64,000 nucleotides of DNA from Eledone cirrhosa (GCA_964016885.1 OZ024740.1:271064001-271128000); one strand, 5' to 3'; counted from the stretch's first letter, positions 48,441 to 62,382 are shown. Program-made: numbers and translations. The notes: generated by a model not told the origin, from the sequence alone.

Positions 48441-49054
48441 TCATTATTTTCTTTTTTTGTGCCTCTTTAAAGTACAAGTTAAATGCTTGTGATTAATGTA
48501 ATTTACAGCTCTTACATCCAGTGTGTATGTGTGTGTAGATAAATATAAGATTGTTTGATTTATTTCTTTTAATGCTTAATATTCAGTAAACCATGAAACT
48601 CAGTCATATATTATGTGCCCTTCATCACTGGCTCGGGTCGACTGAAATTTTGAAATTGGGCAAATAGAAACAATGTGGAAGCTCTTCGAATGGACCGAGT
48701 ATCTATAATTCGAGGAACCAGCTTTGTCGCATATCGTGTGGTGCTGCTTCTTCCTAAATATTTTCTTATGAGTCCAAATGGCCACAAGTTACTCATCCAC
48801 ATAAACTGCATTTCCTATGGGAGGTATTTCTGTGTATTGAATAACAGGAACACTCATTTATCGAAACCGATGTGAGATCCATGTAGGCATGTTTGTGTGT
48901 ATGTGGGTGTGAGAGAGAGTGTTATGTGGAAGTATGTGTGTGTATGTGTGTGTATGTATGCGTGTGTGTATGTGTCTGTATATGTGTGTGTATATATATG
49001 TGTGTGTGCACGTGTGTGTGTGAGAGAGTACGTATAAACACTAAACTAATAATT

Positions 49055-49222
49055 GTTTCTACTTTAGGCACAAGGCCAGCAATTACCCAGTGCATTACTG
49101 GTACTTTATTTTATCGACCCCGTAAGGATGAAAGGCAAAGTCAACCTCGGCGGGATTTGAACTCAGATCGTAAAGGGACGTAACTATGCTGGAAAGCATG
49201 GCGTCCGACCCTCTACCGATAC
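49055..49222 (-). mobile_element. SINE with a 19-bp TSD
   Basis: taaacactaaactaataat on both sides. Confidence 0.88.
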
Positions 49223-49462
49223 TAAACACTAAACTAATAATGTTTTATTGTATAGATATTCAAATTTAGTTATCGATAATGCAATCAAATGCTCACAAGA
49301 TTATGTCTACTTTATGGTATAGATTTTATATATATATATATATATTATGACATTAATTATAGACTTGTGTGATATATTAACTAATTATTGAATATATCAG
49401 TATGATTAAATATATTTCTGACAATAATAGTAAACACCGATTACTAATTTTTCTCCTTTCAG

Positions 49463-49752
49463 ATACATAAGAAATATTTGTCTTTTGCCACAAAATGGCG
49501 ACCGACCCAACGTTCCTAATATTGTTATAGTCGTCACTGATGGCAAGTCAAATGTTCCAGGGTCGACAATTGCTGAAGCCATGAAACTAAAGAAGAAGGC
49601 CACTGTTTTCTCCATAGGTATTGGCACTCAAGCAGTCTATCGAGAACTGAAAGACATCTCAACAGATCCAGATGCCGAACACGTTTTCACGGTCAGCAAT
49701 TTCAAGGCATTAGAGAGAATCAGAGCTTCCCTTGCTATAAGAGCATGTGAAG
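49463..49752 (+). CDS. VWA domain 4, second exon
   Basis: ctttcag acceptor, G|GTAATT donor; 277+290=567 nt; GDRPNVPNIVIVVTDG, ends CE. Confidence 0.9.
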
Positions 49753-49969
49753 GTAATTAATTTATCCTTTTTTTTTTCCTTTTCCAGAAGTGATTAGCAC
49801 CATCACTACTAAAACTACCACCTTCATCAACCTCTTCTGTTTCATCAAGGCTGATCCACAACAGCACCACAACAGGCCCATCATCGTTAACATCATAAAC
49901 ATCATTTTCATTGTCATTCCAACCAACATCACCGTCCACATCCCTATCAAGAACATCCGCATAACATCA

Positions 49970-49977
49970 TAACCACT

Positions 49978-50029
<52 letters not shown>

Positions 50030-50210
50030 ATATGAATGTCATCATAAATATCATCGCCATTAATATTACCACCATATCTATCATCACCATCATTATTATC
50101 CCCATCATCAGCATCACTTTTAACTCCCACCCATTAACATCATTATCATCATTATCATTAACAATGAAATCATCATAAACATCATCATCATCATCATTAT
50201 CATCATCAGT
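49970..50210. repeat. (CAT)n trinucleotide repeat
   Basis: Direct reading. Confidence 0.85.
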
Positions 50211-50400
50211 CTTCATAAAATCTCTGCATACCTTTTACGAGGGAAGACGTTTATTATAATCATAGATTATTATCAAATAGTTATAACTATCAACATTCTG
50301 TATTTAAAGAGAATTTAAAATGATCCTTTTATTAGAATAAAAACTCCGATTATTGTTATCAAAAACTTCAATTAAACCTCTTTACAGACATTAATAATAA

Positions 50401-51065
50401 GGGCGGTGGATTGTCAGTATCGGTAGAGGGTCGGATGCCATGCTTTGACGCATAGAGTTACGGCCCTTGCCATTCTAAGTTCAACTTTGCCTTTCATCCT
50501 TACGGGGTCGATAAAATAAAGTACCAGTAATGCACTGGGTTATTGCTGACCTTGTGCCAAAAGTAGAAACAATTAATATTAGGGTATTGCTTAAAACCAT
50601 TACAGAGATTAAAACAGGAACGCGCTGGCTACGGAGATGTCATAGATGTATGGTGGTGATGTTGGGGGTTAAATCGTATGCGTGTGCAGGGAGTACAAAT
50701 TTCATCGGTTTGTGTTACTGACTCTATGGGTGTGTATGCCTGTATATACAGTTGAGGCTGTTTATTGTAATTACGAATAGTATTATTAGATTGTTAATAT
50801 TATCAAAATCAGTATGCCTAAACACACCTAGAACAAAAGCAAAGTAACCAATGAGTGTCCTATGCATAAATAATTGTTTCTACTTTAGGCACAAGGCCAG
50901 CAATTACCCAGTACATTACTGGTACTTTATTTTATCGACCCCGTAAGGATGAAAAGCAAAGTTAACCATCTCGGCGGGATTTGAACTCAGATCATAAAGG
51001 GAGGTAACTCTATGCTTTAAAGTATGGCGCCTGACCCTATACCGATACTGCCAATCCACCACCCT
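50401..51065. mobile_element. Two SINE copies in opposite orientation (50401-50571 +, 50874-51065 -)
   Basis: Family head and body. Confidence 0.8.
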
Positions 51066-53533
51066 ATACATAAACAATACACTCTGAAAACAAAGCCAAT
51101 AATAAACAAAACATCCTGGTGAATAAGACCATCGAATGCCTAACTCGTAACTAATACACTCATTAAAACAAATCTAATTACAAACTAAATGTCTATACTA
51201 GATCCAAGACATCATCCATAATTCCTACCTCAAATATCATCCATATTTCCTGACTCAAAATCCGCCGCAAACTCAACCATCCACTGGCTCTAAATATGAG
51301 TATCAAGAAGAAAAACCTTTTGAAATTGCAACCGACATATTACGCAGTTTCTGTATAAGAATAAACAATAAACAGCATCCATTATTATATCATTTATCAT
51401 CATTATCCATTTATTTTTTTCGTATAATTCAGTGCTTTTTGGAAATAAATCACTGAGTAACATTTTTGATTGAACTACGGGTTCATAAAGTCTTTATGTC
51501 ACTATCTGCGAATATTTTTAGATTTTAAATCATTTTTTCTTTATTTTAATTTTTCAGCGTTTAATTAATTTTTATTAGTTTATTTTTTAATTTATTTTTA
51601 TTTTTATTTCTAATTTTAATTAAAGGTCATTAATTTAAATTCATATTGATATGTATTTGAAGTGGACTTCGCTGATTTTCTTAATCAGAAAAATCATTAG
51701 CGCCTATTTTCACAACATTAAATATATCAACGCCAGGGCGGTGGATTGGCAGTATCGGTAGAGCGTCAGACAACATGCTTTGCAGCATAGAGTTATGGCC
51801 CTGCAAGATTTCACAGCTCTAGCATCACTCCTTCATACTCAGCCTATGAACCTTTCAGCCCACCCTGATAGACAGAACATCTAGTTTCGCTGTACCGTAA
51901 ACCCCGAAATTCTTAGTAATAAGTTATCACATCATATCGAAATTACTGTGTAGTTCAGAAGTTCGCTATGCCACAGCGGGGTTTCTGCATCAACCCCACT
52001 TTGCAGCACCTTAGATACGTGTTTTCCTTCTGTATTTGTGAGTTGACAAAAGCCTTGTGGCTGAAATTTGGTAAGCGAAAACTGGATACTCGTCGATGAA
52101 AACCTTCGTTTTCTTTGTTGGCAAATAAAATCTGTCTCACTGTTTGATTACACCACCTGTTTCTTGGATACCTTTAGCAGTGTCCACTCTGCTACAAGGA
52201 TTCAGGTATTTCTCGGGTAGAGAGATAATTTCTTCTCTTCCTACTATCCCTTTTCTAATTTGACCATCCAAATTATACAATGAATTGATGCACTGTCACT
52301 CTGAGGAAGGTTTATCACTCAACAGTTTTATTCTACTAAACCTGAGTTTAGATGACCGACTAACTATTTTCGACTCAATTTATTTCAGGCACTTTTTTTC
52401 GCTGACCTCTTCAATCACAAGTTCTTTCAATAATTTGTCAACCAGTTTGGTGGACATATGGGAACAATGTGGTTGTTATTTAATGTTGCATTTGAATAAT
52501 TTTATGAGACTTACCCTTTTGTGTTGAAACCACTGTACAAAAATATTTACGTTCAAATATAAATGCATACATACATATATGCACATAGACAAACAGCACA
52601 CACACACAATCTCACCTTATAATCAACCTTGCATCATAACAAATCAATTTACTATTCAGGCCTTTAAGAATATGAATATATTGATGTTGTCACTTGAAGA
52701 TTTTGTACAAGATAAAAATACAAACTAATAAATTCTTAGTGCCTCAGTTTATTTACTCAATGTAAGAAGTATATATTGTCCTCAGTGCACCTATTTATGA
52801 GACTTTGTGCAATGGACCATCATTTCTGATATGTGGTTGGCTATGAACACATTGAAGCGGCAGTGATGGAATAAAAATGAGCACAAAAGAAGAACCCTAT
52901 CGACATTCTATTAATCGTGTGACATTAATGGCTGCCACTCAATACATTTCCATGTTAATATCCAATAACAATTGCATAATCATTCCAATTTTCTTCCATC
53001 AATGAGCCAATTAACTATTGGAGTGTTTTCGTATTTCCTTCATATCTTTACTTTGTGTTGAGGATTACCACTAACATCCAATAACGTCCTTACATCATTA
53101 TATTTTGCAGTTGCTTTTGATCTTTTCAAATATTAAGGTTTTCTGCTTAACATACTTCAGGGGCAGTACATTTATAATCTCATGAGATATTCTTTGTTGT
53201 TTCGACATTTTTTTTTCGAACATTTTTAGATGTGCTTTTTTAATGGGTTCAACTTTCTTTTTGTAATTATTTTGACATCAAATCTTCTTTACTCCTGGTG
53301 ATTACTGTGCAGCACTCCTACCATACATGCACCCAACATCACAAATAGCCAACAAATTGGATGTCTCTATTTATATACAGTTTGTTTGCTTCATTTCTTT
53401 ATTTGAATGTCCATTTCGCTTTTTACAGAAGTAAGAAAGTACATTTTTTACCAAAGATTTCCTTAGCTAGCTGTTATAGCTCGTTATTGGCATATTAAGT
53501 ATGAAATTCAACTCTACGCAGTCTTGATAACCT

Positions 53534-53582
<49 letters not shown>

Positions 53583-54340
53583 CAAAGCAAAAGAATAAGT
53601 TAGTAACACAAAAAACGGAATGCATTAGAAAATACATTCACACACATATATGCCATAACAATATAATATATTTGAGATATTGGTGACTATAAAAAAATAT
53701 ATTGGAATACCGACCACGTTCATACACACAAAAACATAACATATTTTTTTCAAATATCTGTGAATATCATGATATTTGAATACTGGACCCACATGTAATT
53801 AAATACTTTCATGTACACGGCAAATAGCAATACAGTTTATTTCAGATGTTATTAATGTTAAACATATTCAAATATTGACCATTTTTGTGTAGAAAAGAAA
53901 TTTCGTTAACATTTTTACTAATATTTAGTCAAATATTTCTCCTGATTGGAATGGAAAATGGCTGCACATTAAAAGGTGGCATACTTTTGTTTTTAATTAC
54001 CAAATACTAAACATGATTCATTTTAAGATGTCGGTGTTGTTTTTGTAATTGCTCGTGTTATTGTAGTTTAGCTCCATGTCAGTCGTGACTGAGCAGACAT
54101 TTAATCAAAAACGTTCCAACCTCGATGATCCGGTCTTTTAGAGACATGAACAATAAATTGATTTATTATAATGCAAGGCTGATTGTAAGGTGTGATTGTG
54201 TGTGTGTTGTGTGTCTATGTGCGTATATGTATGTATGCATTTATATTTGAGCGTAAATATTTTTAGATAATAGAGGTTTCAACACAAAAGCGTAGAGTCT
54301 CATGAAATTATTCAAATGCTACATTAAATAACAGTCACAT

Positions 54341-54433
<93 letters not shown>

Positions 54434-55051
54434 CCGAAGGTGGTGGTTGAAAAGTTCATACGCTGATTATAACGGATTGACTGTGAAATCTTGCAGACAT
54501 TAATTTCGACTTTTCTTATTAATAACTGCATTGTTTTTTTCGGGGATTATATTGAAAAATAAACCTCATTTGGTCATTCCATGAGAGTATCCTGGTCAGC
54601 TTATGAACTTTTCAGCCGACCCTCCTCTATATATAATATATATATATAAGAGAAAGAGAAAACGTGAGAGAGAAAAAGGAGGGACAAAAATGAAGCAGTT
54701 TGGGAAAATATATCTCGGGATTAGTATTAATCAAGTATTTGATGTTGATATAATTGATTAAAAATTATGCCCTTACTCCCTCTCAAATGTAGAACATCGT
54801 GCAAAAGAAGTTAGAAATTATTGTTTAAATTATATCTTATATCTCATTTAACTTCTGCTTTTGGTATTACTAAGAGGTTTGATACAAATCCTCCTAAAGG
54901 CAACATGCTGGCTCAGTTAACTTCCGCAGATAAATATTGTATCCTTTTTAGACATGACTGTGTTGTTAAGAATATTGCTTCACTATCATTTCCACTTCGA
55001 TTCACTGATTGATTTTTCCTGAAAAGAACGACATTAATATTATAGCTACGG

Positions 55052-55229
55052 AGGATTGGCAGTATCGGTAGAGGTCGGACGCCATGCTTTCCAGCATAGT
55101 TACGTCCCTTTACGATCTGAGTTCAAATACCGCCGAGGTTGACTTTGCCTTTCATTCTTACGGGGTCGCTAAAATAAAGTACCAGTAATGCACTGGGTAA
55201 TTGCTGGCCTTGTGCCTAACGTAGAAACA
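55052..55229 (+). mobile_element. SINE with a 19-bp TSD
   Basis: attaatattatagctacgg at 55033-55051 and 55230-55248. Confidence 0.9.
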
Positions 55230-55822
55230 ATTAATATTATAGCTACGGGCTGATCAATCTTGTGAGTAAAATTGGGTAAAGAGTAAGCTATTCTGACGTC
55301 CTTGAGACGTAATATACCCTTTCATAAGTGGTACATTACGTACTTCAAACGTAACACACCCTTTCTTAAGTGGTACACTTAATCTGTCGCCCAGTTTAAC
55401 ACCATCGCTTGACCTCTTGGGCGTCTTTAAAGGATTTCACTCTGTTGCAAGCAATCTTTCTATGTTTACAATCTGAGAATCACTCATCAGAACTATTTTC
55501 TCCCTTTCTCCTTCACCAGTATGGAAACACCTACAAGAAAGGTCATTTTCTCTGTTTATGTCATAAAAATCTTACCATACATTGTATTATTAAGCATTTT
55601 TTTTCCAAACCTTAAAGGAAACTAGTGAAGTCAAATGAAATTGTGATGTACAAGTTAATAATTCAATGTTGTATTCTTTCATTTGTTTACCTTTCCTTTC
55701 TGCTAGGTAATGTAAGAGTAATTATCATATTTAATTGACAATTTTCCTTGGAAATTGATTCTGAAATTGATTTTCAAATACATATTAATAATTAATCTCT
55801 CACACGTTTTCTTTCTTTTTTT

Positions 55823-55854
<32 letters not shown>

Positions 55855-55955
55855 TTCCTTTTTTTTCTTTTTTAAAGTTTAAGTATTCATTGCGATGATA
55901 AATCGTTATCTTACCAATCTTAATTTCATTTTTTCTTTCTTCTATTTTCATTCAG

Positions 55956-55988
55956 TCGGCAAAAATAAAACAGAACCAGAAATCCGAA
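55956..55988 (+). CDS. Linker micro-exon (VGKNKTEPEIR)
   Basis: Long pyrimidine tract ending ttcag, A|GTGAGT donor; 33 nt, phase 1-1. Confidence 0.7.
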
Positions 55989-56007
55989 GTGAGTGTATTT
56001 TTTATCT

Positions 56008-56043
<36 letters not shown>

Positions 56044-56075
56044 TCTCTCTCTCCTTCTCTCTCTCCTTCTCTCTC

Positions 56076-56157
<82 letters not shown>

Positions 56158-56699
56158 TTTTAATAACATGAATATAATTAAAATTTATTCTCACAAGAGA
56201 TTTCATTTGTAATGTTATTTTTTTAATCAAATAGTAGAGTTTGAGCTTGAGTAAAGGTACAGTGACATGATTAATTAAATGATAGCTCTTGTGTTGATTT
56301 CTATAATGTGTATTATAAATGCTTTGATTAAATAAACTACCTATACTGTGTTTTATAATGTAAGTAATAGTTATATTATAATGTATGTTATGCATTATAT
56401 TATAATTATAAGTTACATGTTATATTATAATGTAAGTATTATAATGTAAATGGTTCAGTATTCTACTTAGACCTGTAAGGTTAACGCAATCTTTAATCAA
56501 ACTCAGTGGAGCACTGGGTGTGATAAAACTAGCCCTTTCTAACTGGTTATGCCACAGCCGCCGTCTACTCATTTTCCTTCCAAAATTTGGGTCGACTCGA
56601 TGCTAGGGTAAAATGATACGACAATATCAAAATATTTTACTAGTATGATTTATTGTTATGTTAAAATAACGATATGCTTGCTATCATATTATCATTATT

Positions 56700-57480
56700 A
56701 GTGGATTGGCAGTATCGGTAGAGGGTCGGACGCCATGCTTTGACGCATAGAGTTACGGCCCTTGCCATTCTGAGTTCAAATCCCGCCGAGGTTAACTTTG
56801 CCTTTCATCCTTACGGGGTCGATAAAATAAAGTACCAGTAATGCACTAGGTAATTGCTGGCCTTGTGCCTAAAGTAGAAACAATTATTATTTCTGGGTCG
56901 ATAAAATAAAGTACCAGTAATACACTGATATAATTGCTGGCCTTGTGCCAAAAGTAGAAACGATTATTATTTCTACTTTTGGAACAAGGCCAGCAATTAT
57001 CCCAGTGCGTTACTGGTACTTTATTTTATCCTAACAGGGTCGATAAAATAGAGTACCAGTAATTCACTGGAATAATTGCTGGCCTTGTGCCAAAAGTAGA
57101 AACAATTATTATTATGTTAACTAAGATGGCGGTGGATTGGGAGAATCGTTAATGCGTCGGATGAAATGCATTGCAGTATTTCATTACGGCCGCCTACGTT
57201 CTCGTTTCAAATCCCGCCAAGGTTAACTTTTCCTTTCATCCTTACGGAGTCGATAAAATAAAGTACCAGTCACGCTCTGCGGTTGACTTAATCTACTACC
57301 CTGTCCCCAAAAATTGCTGGCCTTGTGCCTAATTGAGAAACCATTATTATTATTCTGTTAACTAAATAGCGGTGGATTGTATTTCAGCTCCACCGTTTAT
57401 GTTATCGTTTCAAATCCCGCTGAAGTTAACTTTGCCTTTCATTCTTCCGGGTCCATAAAATAAAGTACATTCCAAGTACT
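56700..57480 (+). mobile_element. SINE cluster: one full copy, three 3'-end pieces (one inverted) and two older copies
   Basis: gggtcgataaaataaagtaccag..gtagaaac repeated. Confidence 0.8.
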
Positions 57481-57910
57481 GTGGTCAATATAACTGGCTT
57501 TCCCTTCCTCCCACCCACTCCCAAAGCATTATTACTTTAACCAGACCTGTCAACTCTCCCCATCCGACGAGGAGATCTAGCATCCACTTTGGGGTAGGTG
57601 ATAGATGTCTTCTCTTGTGAAAACTTTCGTTATGTAAAATCTCCCCATTTTGCCTCATTTCTCCTCGTATTGGCTCCCTTTTTTTCATGGTACGCCTCGT
57701 TTGGATTTTTAGAGGTTGGCAGGTTTGCTTTAACTAATCATCAGTTTCTATCTTGCTTTCTGTAATTTATTCATTTATCTTAAAAAATGCTATTATGTTA
57801 ATATTCCTCTAAACAGAATTATTATGCTAACTAATCATTAATTTATTCCTTTCTCTAAACAGAATATCATTACGTTAACTAATCATTAATTTGTTCCTTT
57901 CTTTAAACAG

Positions 57911-58048
57911 AATGCCCTGCACAAGCTGACATAGTCTTCATTTTGGATAGTTCTGGTAGTGTGGGTAGTGCCAATTTTCAGAAAATGCTTCGATTTGTTG
58001 AAGCTGTGTCAAAATCTTTTAACATCGGTCCCAATGAAGTACAAATTG
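57911..58048 (+). CDS. VWA domain 5, first exon
   Basis: aaacag acceptor, G|GTGAGT donor; CPAQADIVFILDSSGSV; 138 nt, phase 1-1. Confidence 0.9.
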
Positions 58049-58345
58049 GTGAGTAGCACGTTTATATTGCTTGTACAATTAAATGTTGTTGTTGTTGTTT
58101 TTGTTGTTGTTGTTGTTGTTGTTGTTTAGATCCAGGTTATTCCAGATCGGGCATAAAGACCTATGATGAGAGGTGTTCCAGTAGAGAACACCTCTCATCA
58201 TAATTACTTATAACCCTTCCTAGCTCCATGATATCATTAACTCCTCCTATCACTTAGTTTCATCACTGATTGATGTACCGCTGTCTGCGAAACATTGAAA
58301 TCGCAGTCATGCTGCATTTCAATTGAATATATCAGACTCTACTTC

Positions 58346-58389
<44 letters not shown>

Positions 58390-58519
58390 AGAAGTTATAT
58401 TTAATTTGTTGGGATACAACAAGTAAATATTTTTATAACTGATATAAAGTACTCAACAAATTATTGGAGTAAAAATACGATATATTAACAAATGGAAACT
58501 ATATTTATAAAACCATATT

Positions 58520-58584
58520 TATTTCATTATACATATTTCAAGAACACCAAAGGAAATTATGGTGCGCTTTCATCAGATAAAATA
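58520..58584 (-). ncRNA. Type I hammerhead
   Basis: UAUUUUAU-CUGAUGA-AAG c GCACCA..UGGUGU u CUU-GAAA-UAUGUA-UA^-AUGAAAUA. Confidence 0.8.
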
Positions 58585-58716
58585 TAATATAGATCAGTTT
58601 TATAAACAGATATTGACATACCCTTAAAGAATGTGACCAACCCGGGAGCTTCCAACCGACATGGTCGCATTCTTTAAGGGTATGTCAATATCTGTTTATA
58701 AAACTGATCTATATTA

Positions 58717-58781
58717 TATTTTATCTGATGAAAGCGCGCCATAATTTGCTTTGGTGTTCTTGAAATATGTATAATGAAATA
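58717..58781 (+). ncRNA. Type I hammerhead (sense to the host gene)
   Basis: Inverted twin of 58520-58584; core intact. Confidence 0.8.
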
Positions 58782-58821
58782 AATATGGTTTTATAAATAT
58801 AGTTTCCATTTGTTAATATAT

Positions 58822-58876
<55 letters not shown>

Positions 58877-59135
58877 TAACAGGGTGGCTAGCAGTAAATT
58901 ATTACAGGCCTGGATGGGGTCATTGTTTGGTTGAGAGGGGGACCTGCCTAGGCGTGTTTCGTAGAACTCTGCGGTAGTTGATGGTCAACTTCCTTCGGAC
59001 TTGCGCCTGCGCAGACAGGTGGGGTGAATTGGGACTCACAAGGGAACGGCAAAGAACTCAAGAACACACGCTTTGTCCGTTCCCATGTCGATTCAATTTG
59101 GATTGCCTCGGAAACATAACCTTATTATGTAACAA

Positions 59136-59210
59136 GCTGTCTGATGATGTCACGGCACTGGGCGCACCGAACCATGTGGCCACTGTCGTCATTGAAATAT
59201 GTATCACAGC
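59136..59210 (+). ncRNA. Type I hammerhead (sense to the host gene)
   Basis: GCUGU-CUGAUGA-..ACGGCA..UGUCGU..-GAAA-UAUGUA-UC^-ACAGC. Confidence 0.75.
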
Positions 59211-59427
59211 ATTATCATTAATGGACTTTAACATCTGAAACTACTTCGCTTTTTCGTATTCGATATATACTCCGTCACTCCTATCTGGAAAAAGTACGTT
59301 GAGTGCTTGAATTGAATTGCATCAATATTTACCTTAAGTATATATATATATATATACTGTGGGGAGGAGCGTACATATGCACATCTGTGTGTGTAACTGT
59401 GTCTGTATGAATGTGTGTGCTCTAGAT

Positions 59428-59630
59428 CAGGCATTTCAAACATGCGACCCTTTACAAGCACACCTGCAGCCCACACAAAGGTTTTTACAGCGCGAGCATG
59501 TTTTATCTTCGTAGTATAAAATTTTTAAAATACCTGTAATGTGCGTAATTAGTTGTCGTGTGTGGCCCTCAAACAACACATGTGTGACCCATGTGGCCCT
59601 CGAGGGGGGACCCTCAGTTTGACATGTCTG
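59428..59630. mobile_element. hAT (Charlie-type) MITE
   Basis: TIRs caggcatttcaaac and gtttgacatgtctg; 8-bp TSD-like ctctagat and ctttaaat. Confidence 0.7.
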
Positions 59631-60376
59631 CTTTAAATCATACCATTATACTAGTGGGTTAGAATATTACTGACCTTAATTTAGAAGTAAATGTCCCTAG
59701 TTACAATCACATCTGGGACTATGGATGTGTCATGCATGTACTACGAAGATACTTGATATTTTATGATTGATTTGAAATGCGTGACCAGCATTAATGGCTA
59801 ACGTGTTGGCTCACAGTCGAGTGTTCGACTACCGTACCGGGCAGCGAGCTGTCTCCTTACATTTCTTTTCACGTTGCACCCGTCCACTTATCTGGAGAAA
59901 AATAGTTGCATCGACCATTGCCTTTTCCTTGGAAAACATCGAGGGATTTGCAATCATGGGTGACTGCCTGTATTCCTCAAAAAACCTTGCCTAGACTTGC
60001 ACCTTGGAGAGGTACTCTGTATAGGCAAATCCATTTGTATGTTATGTTTATTGTAATTATGCATTCTAAAGACAAGTTTATGAGGCTGAAAAGTTTATAG
60101 GCTGACCAAGATACTCTTATAGAATGATGAAATGGGGTTTATTTTTCAACATAGTCCCTGGAAGGAAACAAGGTAGTTATTAATAAGAAGAGTTGAGATT
60201 AATGCATGCAAGATTTCACAACATTAGCATCACTTCTTTATAGTCAGCCTTTTTTCAGCCAACCCTATTTCAGAAAAAACGATACACATGTTTTTATAGT
60301 CAGCCTATGAACTTTTCAGCCGACCATTGTAGTAATCCAGAAAATTAAAATTTAAATGTTCTTATCATTTTGCCAG

Positions 60377-60802
60377 GTGTCGACACATTTGACAGTTCAA
60401 GTAGAACAGAGTTCAATATGAATCAACATCGTGATTTGCAGAGCCTATTAAAGGCAATCAGTAAGGTGCCAACTAGAAACGGTATGACGCACATGGGAGA
60501 AGCTTTAAAACATCTTAGAGAAACCAGCATGTCTCAAGCAGCTGGAATGAGACGAAATGTTAGCCACATAGCGATTATGCTCACTGATGGGAGACCCAAC
60601 GGCAGACTGAATGTTGTTCAAGAAGCGAAAAAAGTGACGGATTCTGGTATAAAGCTGTTCGCCATTGGTATTGGACCTAATGTTGATTACAACCAACTTA
60701 ACGTCATTTCCAGCAAGCCAAACAAACAATTTGTCTTCAAAGCTGATAACTTCGATTCACTCAAGTCTATAGCATCTATGTTGTCTCGCCAATCATGCAA
60801 CG
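60377..60802 (+). CDS. VWA domain 5, second exon
   Basis: tttgccag acceptor, G|GTAAAC donor; 426 nt; GMTHMGEAL, IMLTDG, ends SCN. Confidence 0.9.
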
Positions 60803-61203
60803 GTAAACAAAATTATTTATATGTATCTATAGTAGAGGATATATTTCTATAGCAACATCCGTTGAAATGTTATAAATGTAGTCAGTGACAAGTAATATAG
60901 CAAGCATGAAAGTTCTTTAGTTTATTGGTTCTATAGGTTTGTCTCATATTACTAGTACGATTATTTTAGTTGTTACAATGTTGCTGATTATTTTTATATA
61001 TCTTACAAAGTACTTCTAACAATTCCTGCCTTTCTCTTAATTCGGAGTAAATAGGTGAGATACATTCTCGTACGTTCTTGTGTATTATAATTTGTGTATG
61101 CGGTGTTAAGAGTCTTATAATGAAGCTCTAATTTTGTTGGATATATATGTATATATGTAATATATTTATGTGTGTGTGTGAGTGTGTGTGATAGGGAGAG
61201 TGA

Positions 61204-61273
<70 letters not shown>

Positions 61274-61394
61274 AGTAAGGTTGCTTGGATGCGCCCAGAG
61301 GCGGTATGCCAGTTGAGCACTCTATGCTCCTTCAAAGCAGAGTATAATAATATGGAAAACGAAGCATCAGGGATGCATCAGAACACAATTTATT

Positions 61395-61487
61395 ACGTAT
61401 TACAATTGTTTCTCAGGCGAGCAGCTTGAGGTGCGATCTGTTTATGGATCTAACCTAACTCTGGATTCGCAAGTTCCTCAGATACGT
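61395..61487 (-). ncRNA. Type I hammerhead with a long stem II domain (family of 35607); decayed relatives at about 61750-61843 (-), 61855-61939 (+) and 33705-33795 (-)
   Basis: ACGUAU-CUGAGGA-[62 nt]-GAAA-CAAUUG-UA^-AUACGU; stem I covaries with 35607. Confidence 0.8.
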
Positions 61488-61572
61488 CTTGTGACTTCGA
61501 TGAGGATTACAAGTTTAATACGTAATAAATTGTGTTCCGATGCATCACTGATTCTTCGTTTTCCATATTATA

Positions 61573-61603
<31 letters not shown>

Positions 61604-62086
61604 GGGGGGGGGGGTAAAGGTGCAAGTTAATTGCGTGCGTGCATAGGCGGTATGCCGGTTGAGCACTTGATGCTCTTGCCGAGCAGAGTATGAATAGTAT
61701 TAGAATAAAGGAACAAAGATTCAGTGTAGCATCATAACATATTTAATAACATATTACATATATTTCACTATCGATCAGCTCGAGGAAAGACCTATTATTG
61801 ATCAAACCTGACTCTGTAATCGAAAAAGATCCTAAGCTATGCTTCAATATGCAAGGTCCGACGAGCTTTTGATTCCAGAGTCAGGTTAGATCGATACAGA
61901 TCGAACCTTGAGCTGATCAATAGCGAAATGCGGGTCACCAATCAATAAAGGTAATGATGACATAACAAATCGTCCTTTTATTATTATATTTACACTCTGT
62001 TTAGTTCGACACATCGTTACAGACGCGAACCTAAGCATCGAGTGCTCACCTTGGTGAACCTACAGTAACTTCATGTTACACTCCCT

Positions 62087-62132
<46 letters not shown>

Positions 62133-62340
62133 CGAAGGAAGTGTGGTAAGGAACCAGGTGGACCATAACGCACCAGAGTACTCGATACTTTGGGTAGTAG
62201 AGTGGGTAGTAGAGTGGGTAATAGGAAAATAGTCAGAACCCCGACGGCAGAGCTCAAGCCGTTTCGACAGCTATTTCTGGACTCAGAGATAGCTGTCGAA
62301 ACGGCTTGAGCTCAACCAACGGCTTGGTTGTGACTCTTTT

Positions 62341-62382
<42 letters not shown>

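Larger units (their letters stand above)
58481..58820. mobile_element. Fold-back element (about 160-bp arms) of the same family as 45658
   Basis: Arms 58481-58639 and 58662-58820; hammerhead in each; microsatellite flanks. Confidence 0.8.

Noticed and set aside
49788-49972. Possible Ser/Thr-rich exon after a pyrimidine-AG
   Set aside because: It would need an intron of about 35 nt, has no donor and merges into (CAT)n; the 55956 exon fits the pattern instead
52140-53520. Possible decayed transposase-like region
   Set aside because: No motif or terminus that I can identify with confidence
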